DNA of 64,000 nucleotides from Negaprion brevirostris. Taxonomy: Eukaryota. The notes under the pieces were generated by a model. It did not search any database. It worked only from the letters and a program-made list of their open reading frames with translations, and was not told the origin of the DNA. The translations under genes were made by a program, and so were the position numbers. Shown here piece after piece: positions 36,286 through 46,999 of this stretch. The stretch's first letter is position 1. Every line of letters begins with the position of its first letter. The stretch covers positions 32,447,619 through 32,511,618 of the forward strand of contig JARDVH010000128.1 of the NCBI GenBank assembly GCA_030324005.1. The letters are read 5' to 3'.

Positions 36286-36833
36286 ACACAGTAAGAAGTC
36301 TCACAATACCAGGTTAAAGTCCAACCGGTTTATTTGATAGTAAACCCACAAGCTTTCAGTGTTTTCCCCTTCGTCAAGTGAGTGGAGAGTTCTGGTCTCA
36401 AACAGAGCATATAAAAGGCACACACAGNNNNNNNNNNNNNNNNNNNNNNNNNNNNNNNNNNNNNNNNNNNNNNNNNNNNNNNNNNNNNNNNNNNNNNNNN
36501 NNNNNNNNNNNNNNNNNNNNNNNNNNNNNNNNNNNNNNNNNNNNNNNNNNNNNNNNNNNNNNNNNNNNNNNNNNNNNNNNNNNNNNNNNNNNNNNNNNNN
36601 NNNNNNNNTCTAAACGCCCCTCTAGTTGCCTGACCCGGGCCCTCAAGCGCTGCAACTCTAAACACTTAACACAGATGTGGACCTTTGGGAGACGTGATGC
36701 CTCCAAGAACTCCCACATGTGGCACCTAACAATTACTATCAATTTACTATCAAATAAACTGATTGGACTTTAGCCTGGTGTTGTGAGACTTCTTGCTGTG
36801 TTTACCCCAGTCCAATGCCAGCATCTCCACACC
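36286..36833. mobile_element. Penelope-derived element with inverted pLTR ends, a 15-bp TSD and an internal CR1 ORF1 fragment
   Basis: 36286-36344 is an inverted repeat of about 36743-36801. The TSD ATGACACATTGTTGA lies at 36271-36285 and 36834-36848. Minus strand 36610-36725 reads CHMWEFLEASRLPKVHICVKCLELQRLRARVRQLEGRL, resembling the CR1 ORF1 Zn-finger/Leu-zipper region. Confidence 0.8.
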
Positions 36834-37174
36834 ATGACACATTGTTGAGACAGATTCTTGATTAATGGTCATTTGAACCAGATACTGGACCATAATCTTC
36901 ATCTGTAGAACCATGCGTCACAGTGGTCAAAGGTTTCAGCAGAGATACAAAGGTGTGTGGAGGAAATTAGTGAGAGATGATTATGGAGAGCAAGGGAACT
37001 TATCCTAAAAAGTGATAGAAAGGTACCTTCGGTGGGAGAAATTGGGGGCGGAATATGTCATATTTAGGAAATAGCTCCTGAGAAATCAGTGTGAAAAAGG
37101 AAAGTGCCAAATTATCTTAATTGCAGATTAGTTGTACCAGAGACTACATTTTGACACTTCTCTTTTTAAATCAG

Positions 37175-37346
37175 GAAGAAGCTTTCGAATTTCACACGTC
37201 ACCAGCAGTGGAAATCTGCCTCCAATTATGTAGCAAAGCGCTATATAGATTCTGTGGATCGCAATGTGTATTTTGAGGATGTTCGACTTCAAATGGAAGC
37301 AAAGCTCTGGGGAGAAGAGTACAACAGGCACAAACCTCCAAAACAG
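37175..37346 (+). CDS. EEF2K: EEF2K coding exon 5 (alpha-kinase domain, catalytic Lys)
   Basis: KKLSNFTRHQQWKSASNYVAKRYIDSVDRNVYFEDVRLQMEAKLWGEEYNRHKPPKQ; 172 nt. Confidence 0.98.
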
Positions 37347-38415
37347 GTGAAGTAATAGACTCTGGGACAGTCGGTTAGACAATTCAGATTCCTTATATTG
37401 TGAATTCTGAAGATAGGAATAGCAAGAAGCCATTCAGCTCCTGTAGCTGTTCCACCATTTCGTTTGATCATGGCTGACCTTTATCTTGACTGTAATCTGC
37501 TCTGGTTCTGCAATTCACACTAACTAGGGTGAGATATTCTTTGAGAGTTAGTGCAGATTGGGCTGAATGGCTTCCTTTTGCAGTGTAGGGATTTTGTGGA
37601 ATTTGTGTCAAAATCTGGTGTTTGAAAATTAGCAGGAGTGCAGCCAATAAAAGTTGGCAATGTCTACATTCTGCTTTAGTATGTATTTTTGGTAGTCTTC
37701 TATCTTTGCTCCTCTTTAACTCTTGCTGTGAAGACTGGCTCATGGTTGTAATGCCCTCGCTCAAAGGCTCAAGTGGCCTAATAATGATCACTATCTTGAC
37801 TTACACTATGTTAACCATGGCTCACTGTATAGCATGCTCACCCGTGAAACTGAAGGCTGTGGGTTCAAGTCCTATTATCTAAACACAAGATCTCGGGCCC
37901 ACACACCAGGTGCAATACTGAATGAGTGCTGCAGTATTAGAGGTGCCATCTTTTGGGTGAGATGTTAAACTGAGGCTCCTGTTTCCATCTTTGGATGTGA
38001 AAAATCCCATTGTGGTGTTTTGAGGAAGAGCAGGGGTGTTCTCCCACGTGTCCATGCCAGTATTTATCCTTCAGCCAATGTTGCTGATTTATCTGATCAT
38101 GTATCTCATTGCTGTTTGTGGGACTTTGCTGTGTGCAAGTTGGCTGCCATATTTCCTGCAAATATTTCAAAAAGTACTTCATAGCTTGTTAAGCTCTTTG
38201 GGAATTCTGAAAAGTGATATTTAATTATAGGCCTTTTTTCCTTTGCACAGAAAGCATACCCCAAACTGAGCCAGTCTTTCCAAGAGAAGTTGGGATGGGC
38301 GGCATGGACGCAGGCAGCATCTCTAACTGAAAATACTACAAATATAAAAGCAATCACTCCTGAACTTATTTGGCAATGTTCTCATTTCAAGTGTTTATTT
38401 TGTCCTTTATGACAG

Positions 38416-38565
38416 GTTGACATTATGCAGATGTGTATTTTGGAGATGAAAGACAGGCCTGGAAAGCCTCTGTACCACTTGGAACATTATATAGAGGGTA
38501 AATACATCAAATACAACTCCAACTCTGGCTTTGTAAGGGATGAAAATTTCCGCCTTACTCCACAG
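38416..38565 (+). CDS. EEF2K: EEF2K coding exon 6
   Basis: VDIMQMCILEMKDRPGKPLYHLEHYIEGKYIKYNSNSGFVRDENFRLTPQ; 150 nt. Confidence 0.98.
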
Positions 38566-39069
38566 GTAAGTAATAGATTGGGGATAATGCGGAATAGATC
38601 ATGCCCTAATCAGACATTTCTAGATCAGCAGTTCCAACCAGGTAGATCTTTATTTGTACTGCTGAATTGAAACCTGAAATTTCCCGACCCGAAAAGAGGT
38701 CTGTGTGTGTGTAGAATTGGACTATTTTCAAAAGATGTTTTGCAGTCCCATGGGACTGGAGGAAAGAAAATTGTTGCCTTAAGTTTAAGGTCATTCTCAA
38801 AGGGCAGATGTCTATTATGAAACTTCTAAATGGCATGCTATCCCACTGAGTTTTTAAATATTCATTTTTCTCAAGATTTAATCTGCCTATTTTAAAAAGG
38901 AGTCCTTTTGTGCATGTGTTTTCTGTAATAAGTTTAATTTGCAAAATCTGTGGCCAAATATTATCTCGGTGCCTGTGATAAGCATGTATGCTTTGAACTG
39001 TGAATCACCCTTCCACTAAAATCAAATTAATTAACAAGTCTTTCCTTTGACCTTACCATATAATTACAG

Positions 39070-39202
39070 GCATTTAGTCATTTCACTTTTGAACGCTCTG
39101 CACACCAGTTGATTGTTGTTGACATCCAGGGAGTGGGAGATTTGTACACAGATCCTCAGATTCATACGTTTGGTGGCACAGACTTTGGAGATGGCAATTT
39201 GG
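39070..39202 (+). CDS. EEF2K: EEF2K coding exon 7 (catalytic Asp)
   Basis: AFSHFTFERSAHQLIVVDIQGVGDLYTDPQIHTFGGTDFGDGNL(G); 133 nt. Confidence 0.98.
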
Positions 39203-39938
39203 GTAATGTTTCTTTATAAACTAGTGGCATCTGTAATTACGCCATTCCTTCACTTACTCAGTTATTTAAACATATAGACATGTTGAGATAAGAGTTTAGG
39301 ATAAAAGGGAAGTCAAGCTATCTCTTTTACAAAGCACTGGTTTGCCCACAGCTGGTGTATTGCCTTTAATTATGGGCATCACATATCAGAAACAATGTCG
39401 AGGCCTTGCAGAGGGTACAGAAGAGATTTATCAGATTAAGGACATACTAATCAGGAGCATTTGGCCCTTCAAACTTAACCTGCCATTCAAGAAAATAATA
39501 GTACCAGAGATGAGGGACTTCAGTTGTATGGAGAGACTAGAGAGGCTGCTATGGTAATCCTTAGACAGCAAAGCTGAAAGGGAGATTTGACAGAGATGTT
39601 CAAAATTATGGTTGGTGTGACCCCCATAACTCATCCACATTGATTCATGGGTAGTGAATAATGGTGTGCTATTGACTGTGAGGCTTACCTCCTCTCTCAT
39701 CCCACGGGCGCTGAGGCAGATTGCGTCATTTTCACTGCTGTTCCAGTGGAATGATTTAACTCAGCACAGATTGAGGAACCCAGCCTAGGTATTTTCTGAT
39801 CGGTTTAGCTCAGCACTGTACTACATGGTGCACTGACCCATTGAACCATAAGATGGTTCACAGTATGATGTCCTGAGGTAAGCAATAGTGTGGTTATTTT
39901 TGGAGATGGGTATACTGATTCTGCACTTTTCACTACAG

Positions 39939-40066
39939 GTGTGCGAGGAATGGCCTTGTTTTTTCATTCTCATGCCTGCAACAGTATATGTAAGAAAATG
40001 GGACTTACACCATTTGATATATCTCCTAAAGAAAAGGAAACATTGGAACATGCACAGAATCTACTG
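39939..40066 (+). CDS. EEF2K: EEF2K coding exon 8 (Zn-binding HxCxxxC)
   Basis: VRGMALFFHSHACNSICKKMGLTPFDISPKEKETLEHAQNLL; 128 nt. Confidence 0.97.
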
Positions 40067-41780
40067 GTTAGTGCTCTACGTAGTTTGTGTTTCTCTCCAT
40101 TCCTGCCTGGGAGGTGATGACTTGTGCTAGATGGCAGTTGTGGTATCTGATCAAGTGACTCTTTTTTCTTGATGAAAGATCCCAGACTGTGAGCATTAAC
40201 TGTTGACGGCATGACAATCCTGACAGCCCCACACAGAGCACTTTCAAATGGCCAGGGCACCAGCAGATCAGGTTTATTTTGTTCCCTCTAGTTTGGGGCA
40301 TTGAACATTCTACTGACGTCTCCAAATAATCTAACTCAGCTCACCTTGAAAAATAGACCTCTGTCTGTATTGTTCAGCATCACGTTGATGGTGGTTTTAT
40401 CTTGAAAGAAGAAAGCATTGGACCTAGATGGCTGAAGGCATGGCTGCCAGTAATGGGAAAAGGAGATGTACACACTAGGGGAGGGGGACGGTTCTCCCAT
40501 CTTGGCGTGCAGGTTTTTTGGCACGCAGGGTGGGAGAATAGTGTGTTGGCCATTTTGCGGGATTCGTGCATGCATTCCTGATGCGTGTGGACTCCGGTCT
40601 CCCAGCCAGAGAACAGGTGCAGTCAGGACTGCGCTGGAAACCAGCGGGAAGAGAGGTAAGTGATTTAAATCTATTCTTCATGTACTTTAAATGTGATTAT
40701 CGGGCCCGGCACAGAACTCTCCAGGCCTGATAGCATCTCCCAACCATGCCAGGAGTATTTCGCTCTGGTGGGGTTTAGAGTAGCTCCCCATATGGGGATA
40801 ATTAGCGGGAAACCCCACCAGAGTGAAGGGGGGGAAGGGGCCCATGGGGGTTTGGGTGGCGGGAGGGTAGGTGCCCTGGTACTACCCTGGGGGCAAAGTA
40901 CCCATGTCCAGGGGCAACCTTGGCATTGCCCACTAGGAAAGACCTAGAGGGCAAGGCCTTGGGGCAAGTGGGTGGGACCGAGGAGTGGTGGGCCAAGAGG
41001 AAGAACCTATTGTGGGTGGGCTCTGACCTGAGAATGCTTGTGGGGGCTGCACAACAGTGACCTCTGCTATGCACAGAGCGTGGGTTCGGGTCTGAATGCC
41101 ATTGAAAAACAAGTGTAATTTACACCAGTTTTCTTGCCAGTTCAGCACTTTTGGAAGAATTGTCCTTTTGATTTCAGAATCATAAGAATGGAAAGTTCTG
41201 GGATGACAAATTTGTAGGACTGGAGGAGGTAACAGAGATGGGGATGGGCTGAGGCTATAGAGGGATTTGCACAGAAACATGAAATTTGATATTGGAAGTG
41301 TTGAAGAGGAAAAGTGGTTTGGAGGGGACAAGCTGCCGAAGGCCTAATGAAGCTGGCAGAGACGTGATGCTGGGTGAGTATGGGGGCTACGTATGGGTTG
41401 GTATAGCGTGGGTTAGAGAAGCAGAGTTTTGACTGAACTACGTTTTGTGGAGGGTGGACATTACAAGTTAGACCAGAAGAGTATTCAAATAGTTGAGTCT
41501 GGAAGTGACAGAAATGGTTAGCAACAAACATAGCAGGAGTGGAGACTGGTGTTGCTGTGGAGTCAACACTAAGATGCCTGGGTGAGAAAGTTAACCTGCA
41601 AATGATCCTAAATAAGAAAAATATACACTGCGTGAAGTAATACTGGGCATGAGATTAGTGGAACTCTGATTAGTAAAATGTTCTTCAACCTTCTTGATGT
41701 ACATTTTGTTTTTATTCCTCATTTATGTACAAATGGATGCGCCTCTTTGAATAAATAAATATCTGTCTTCCTTGAATCAG

Positions 41781-41991
41781 AAAACAGCCAAAACTGTCAT
41801 TCGAGGAACGGAGGAAGTCTGTGGGAGCACTCGAGTGAGGACCATTTCTGGCTCAAGACCTCCAATTCTGACACGACTCTCCGAGACCTCTACAGATGAA
41901 AATATGAGCGACAGCAATTTTGACTCGCTCCCCTGCTCCCCATCATCTTGGTGGAGTCTTAAGGAAGACGTGTTGGGAAAATCTCCAATGG
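41781..41991 (+). CDS. EEF2K: EEF2K coding exon 9 (regulatory loop)
   Basis: KTAKTVIRGTEEVCGSTRVRTISGSRPPILTRLSETSTDENMSDSNFDSLPCSPSS..KSPM; 211 nt, with a phase-1 donor G|GTAGAT. Confidence 0.93.
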
Positions 41992-42544
41992 GTAGATTCC
42001 ATCTTCTTCCATTGACTTTGTTAAAGCATAGCATGGGTGGTTTGGGCTAATTTTATTGGGTTCGGGTATCAAAAAGTGTAGAGTAAAATGCAAGTAAATG
42101 AAATCAGTAATGACCTAATTGACTGGCAAAATAAACTAAAGGGGCTGAATGGCCTGGGCTTATCCCTATGCATCTCATATTTAGACGAGTAGCTGCCAAC
42201 AGGCAGGAGATTAAGTGTTTTCACATTGAAAGTGGCCATTTCTGTTTCAAAATCCTTATTCAAAGGAGGTAGTTCTTTTAATAATGTACCAATTTAAGGA
42301 AGACAAATTGCGTATGAGCTCTGATTCCTCCCCCCCGCTTCACCCCCATATTTTGCCACCTTTCCCTCTCCCTATCTCCTTGCTTGACATTCCTGTCATC
42401 CTTCTCTTGCTTAGAATTTGACACAGCCAATTTATTTTTAGTACATGGGTTTGTTCGAATTTTTTTGCAAGAGTGTTTTGTTTTCTCTGATTATGTCAAG
42501 ATGCTCCAAGTAATCTGTAGCACCCAGTTTCTTCTTTCTTCTAG

Positions 42545-42612
42545 GTTGGACGTTCTTCAGTGAAGTTGATAATCTGGTTGATGAGCACAGTGATTCATCG
42601 GCTGAGAGACGG
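42545..42612 (+). CDS. EEF2K: EEF2K coding exon 10
   Basis: (G)WTFFSEVDNLVDEHSDSSAERR resembles human WPVFSDLDNMASRDHD; 68 nt; donor CGG|GTAAGA. Confidence 0.9.
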
Positions 42613-43729
42613 GTAAGATCAGACATAAATTGGGGTTGTTCTAATTTGCAGTTTTGCATGTAATATTCTGTTTTGTAGAGCTGACTTCTGGTATATCTGT
42701 AATGTATGGGATTAGTATACACAATAACGTGACCTCTGCTTCTGCCTTTCTATTTCTTTTATTTATCTGCCATCCTAATTAATGATATGTTAAGGTATAT
42801 TTTTCATGCCCATACATTATCCATTTGATATAGTGCCGAAAGCAATTCAATGCATCCAAAGGAAAGTAAATAGCCGAAGAATTGTTTCCAATCAGGCATT
42901 ATCCACGTTCAGTTAGAATGATAAGACTAATCTCTACCTTATCCCATCCTCACCAGTGAGTTTTTTAAAAATCAGGTTCACATATCAGTTTAGCTTTTTT
43001 ACTGTATTTGGATCAGAAAGTAATTCAGATTTTTTTGACATCCACATTTTGTGCTCACTGTGTTTCCTGCCAATTCAATATAACCTCACAAGATGGCCAC
43101 CGACACCCACGTGTGCATTCACATTGGGCTGTGTTTGTGCAGAGATCCAATGATGTCACTGTTGGAGCCTGCAACCTGAAACTCAATGAGAGAAGGAGGC
43201 AGAGTAAGGAGGGGCAATTTGGTTTGACACTCACAACAATCTACAACCCACTTACATTACATNNNNNNNNNNGCACAGTGTGGGAGAGCGCAGCCTCCAT
43301 AGCACAGAATTTTACATGTTACATAGTGGAACAGAGTTTTGAAACACTGATCAACATGATTGCAGTAAAATATCTCACAAGGAAACAGTCCTACTTTCCC
43401 TGCCTGCAAACCCTTCTAGTGCCCTGTAAAAGGAGTTTCCAGAAGTCATTACTGTTAGTCCAGGGTAGAAATTCACAACTTTCTCCCTACTGCCAAGGAC
43501 AATGATGACCACATGTCCTGCACATTGCCCCCTTTAAAGATGGTAACCATTAACCTGGGCTTGCTATCAACATGCCATTGCACACGCACAGTGTTGACAG
43601 CAAACACAGCCTTTTGTGCTATCTCAAAATACAGTTTAATTTCCTCTTTGACATCTATTTTGCTTTGTAACATAATTACTTCAGACTACCTGAGCCTGCT
43701 TTGTAACAGTTCTCCTATTCTGCTGTCAG

Positions 43730-43804
43730 ATGTCAGAAAATGGTGGTGACAGTGGATGTCCCAGTGAGCGGAGGAGTGAATTGGAAGGAGAGTTTGCAGA
43801 TCGG
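43730..43804 (+). CDS. EEF2K: EEF2K coding exon 11 (beta-TrCP degron)
   Basis: MSENGGDSGCPSERRSELEGEFADR resembles human ESENSGDSGYPSEKR; 75 nt. Confidence 0.92.
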
Positions 43805-44814
43805 GTAATGAGCAACTTTCCATAATAAAAGATAACAAAAGGGTTAGGTACAATAAATGTAAAGAATGTGTTCCTAGTGGTGAGGATGTCCAAAATTGGG
43901 TGGCATAAATATAAGATAGTCACAGTATATCCCAATGGGGAATTCAGGAGAAACTTCTTTACTCAGGGAGTGGTGAGATTGAGGAATTCACTACCACAGG
44001 GAGCAGCTAGAGCAAATAACATAGATGCATTTAAGGGAAAGCTAGATATACATGCAAGGGAGAAAAGGATAGAAAGTTATACTAATAGTGAGATGAAGAG
44101 AGGTGAGAGGAGGACTGTGTGGATCACAAGCACTGGCACAGACCCACTGGACTGAATGGCCTGTTCTTGTACTGTGGACATTGTATAACAATGTAATCCC
44201 TTGTGTATCCACATTGTCTGTCCTTTCAACAGGGTCTCCCCCATCCCACCTTGTGATAATTATGCTACAGAATTTAAAAACTGCAAAGACAATCTATGAC
44301 TCTGTAAGACAAAAGGATTACAGTACTGTTGGCATATAGTGGAAATCTGGAACTGTCCCCAAAAAAGCTGTTGAAGCTCTGTGTCAAATTAAAAATCTCA
44401 AACTTGAGATTTGATGGACTTTAGTGAGCTAGGAGCGTTAAGGAAACAGCTTAGCTCTATGATACTCATCAAATTGGTGAAATGGACTAGAGGTGCTGAA
44501 TGTTCCTCATGTTCCAAACACCAGGAATCCATTGGTTGTTATTATTTATGCATNNNNNNNNNNNNNNNNNNNNNNNNNNNNNNNNNNNNNNNNNNNNNNN
44601 NNNNNNNNNNNNNNNNNNNNNNNNNNNNNNNNNNNNNTCTTATTGAATGGCGGGGCAGGCTCGAAGGGCTAGATGGCCTACTCCTGCTCCTATTTCTTAT
44701 GTTCTTATGTTGAATAGATAGAGAATATGTCCTATTAAGTTTCAGTTGCAACCTAATGTACTTGTAGAATCCTCTTATCATTGTTGTTTGTGTTTTTTTT
44801 ACAATTCTATTCAG

Positions 44815-44868
44815 ATGAATGCAAACATGCGAAGGTATTGCGAATCTGATGAAGACAGTATTCGAAGG
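44815..44868 (+). CDS. EEF2K: EEF2K coding exon 12
   Basis: MNANMRRYCESDEDSIRR resembles human NRKYESDEDS; 54 nt; donor AGG|GTATGT. Confidence 0.9.
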
Positions 44869-45035
44869 GTATGTAATGCAGTGTGCCACCAGAAGAGTTT
44901 ATTCATCTTTTCTGACTTTCAGGCCTCTTCCCTTGTATGATATGTCCTTTTGATAGATTGAATGTGAATATTTTTGTTGTAAGTTTTCTTTTTACTTCTT
45001 AATTCTGTTTCTTTACCTTATCGTTCTTCAATCAG

Positions 45036-45101
45036 GGAAATGCAAACCCCAATGTGTGCCAACCCTTAATCATCCTCAGACGCTGTCATAGGACTCAGCC
45101 G
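45036..45101 (+). CDS. EEF2K: Candidate 66-nt cassette exon of EEF2K (GNANPNVCQPLIILRRCHRTQP)
   Basis: A long pyrimidine tract ends in ATCAG. The exon is phase 0-0 with no stop and has a weak donor CCG|GTGATC. Two TGCATG motifs lie just downstream. Prediction only. Confidence 0.4.
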
Positions 45102-45903
45102 GTGATCATGCATGATTGCTTGGTCCTTGCATTTTATTGTGTTGTGTGCATTTTAATAATAATGCATGAAATATACAGATATGGTGCAGAGTAGGTATAA
45201 GCACTACTGTTTGCTGAGTAGGTATAAGCAGAACCAGGTGCTTTAGTAAACCATGCTGGTCAAGGAGCTCCCAGGTTTGATCTCCGGTCTGTAATGAGTT
45301 ACATGTTCTTAGCTTGAGTAGGAGATGGTATAACTGTTTCCACTCTAGGATCAGGGAGAGGTTAAACAGTCAGTGGTTAGTAGGGATTGCTTGTGAGTAG
45401 ATGCTATGTGAGTGCAGGGTTGTTTTTTATCACGTAGCCTTCTAACTCCCACTTCCATGTTCAAATATGAAATTACCAGGTGTCACAGCCACAGCTGGCC
45501 CCTGCAGAAGAGGGAGGAAGAAATTTGATGGATGCAGATATAATCCAAATAATTCCCTAAAATTACACCTGCATATTCTCGCTTGGCTATTGGACTCGCT
45601 CTGGAGCTTGTAGGGCCTAGACTTGAATCTGTGAAGGCAGAAGGTTCATCTAATGTCATGAATATGGAATAGCTGGCTTAAGCAGTTGAAAATTAAATGA
45701 TTTTATGCTGTGATTGCTGTTGCATATGTGATTTCAACAAAGGTCTGCAGTGCATAAGACACAATTTGTAAAGCAATCTGTATCCTAAATCTGATGAATG
45801 AATGCTTCACTATATGCAGATTGTCAGTGTGTAGGGTGATGTATTGTGTTGACAGAAATCCAAGGCCAGTGCATTTATGCATGCTATGATTCTTATCATT
45901 CAG

Positions 45904-46044
45904 GATCATCACAACGAAGACAAATGGAATCAATACCATACGTCCCGGGCTCACATGCATCGGCCTTCGTGCGTCGCATTTGAGGTGGAGCGACTAAATG
46001 CCATCAAGCAGGAAAAGAAAATAGGGAAATCCATACTGGGCAAG
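45904..46044 (+). CDS. EEF2K: EEF2K coding exon 13
   Basis: DHHNEDKWNQYHTSRAHMHRPSCVAFEVERLNAIKQEKKIGKSILGK; 141 nt; the S500-equivalent is retained. Confidence 0.95.
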
Positions 46045-46810
46045 GTATTTCTAACTGGGAATTTTCTTGTTTAAAGATTGAGGAGTCACAAACGGTGTAC
46101 TTTGCCCAGTTCAGTATGGTAACTTAGTACTTTGGCAACACAAGTTGATACAATACTGTTGTGCCAGTGCTAAGGACAGCGTTGTATTGATGCATACTAT
46201 TTGAGGGAGTAGTTACTGATTCTAGACCAACAACATGAAGCACAACATTGTATGCAAGGAGCTCAAGGAATGGAAATAGGATGCAATATGCCCCGATCAT
46301 ATGTCTCTTAGAGACCAGATGCTACAGTAGTACACTATTAGGATCTTCTTGCCTGTTATTCCTCTTGTTGTGGGCTGGATGAAGTCACTTTTACTTTGTA
46401 TTTCACCCTTTACCTTTGCTTCATTTCCATGGGACTATATTGGGGAGGTTGAGGATGATAGGTTAACTATCCTAACAGTCACTGTGTCTAACTGGAGGAT
46501 TATGAAAAGGAATGTGATTAACCTCAAGTGTGCACTATTATCTTCAGTTGTCTCTGCCTGCTACATTGTGCTAGGTTAGATTGTAATCACTTAGTCACTA
46601 TGTCCAAAATTGTACAGTTCAACTTGACTCAGATGACTTTTCCTTCCTCATGAGAATATGGGACAATTATAACTGCCATTGGCTGTTTGCTCGAACAATG
46701 CAGCATAACCAATCCCATTGCCCACTTTCTTCCCATTCGTTCTTGCTCCTCTCTGTTTGTCTTCTGTCTCGCTGTAGGTCGTAAGCTAACTAATTATATT
46801 TCCCATGCAG

Positions 46811-46999
46811 GTGCACTTGGCAATGGTACGTTATCATGAGGCTGGTCGATTCTGTGATAAACTGGAAGAATGGGATCGCAAGTCTGCAATCTTCCATCTT
46901 GAACATGCTGCTGTTTGTGGGGAACTGGAAGCAATTGTTGCTCTTGGCCTAATCTATTTGCAGTTGCCTCATCACATCTTAACAGATGTCACTGTAGAG
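46811..46999 (+). CDS. EEF2K: EEF2K coding exon 14 (SEL1-like repeats)
   Basis: VHLAMVRYHEAGRFCDKLEEWDRKSAIFHLEHAAVCGELEAIVALGLIYLQLPHHILTDVTVE; 189 nt. Confidence 0.97.

Noticed and set aside
46778-46780. 3-nt microexon AG|GTC|GTAAGC
   Set aside because: The downstream intron would be only 30 nt, too short to splice to the next exon. It is kept only as an alternative-acceptor hypothesis.
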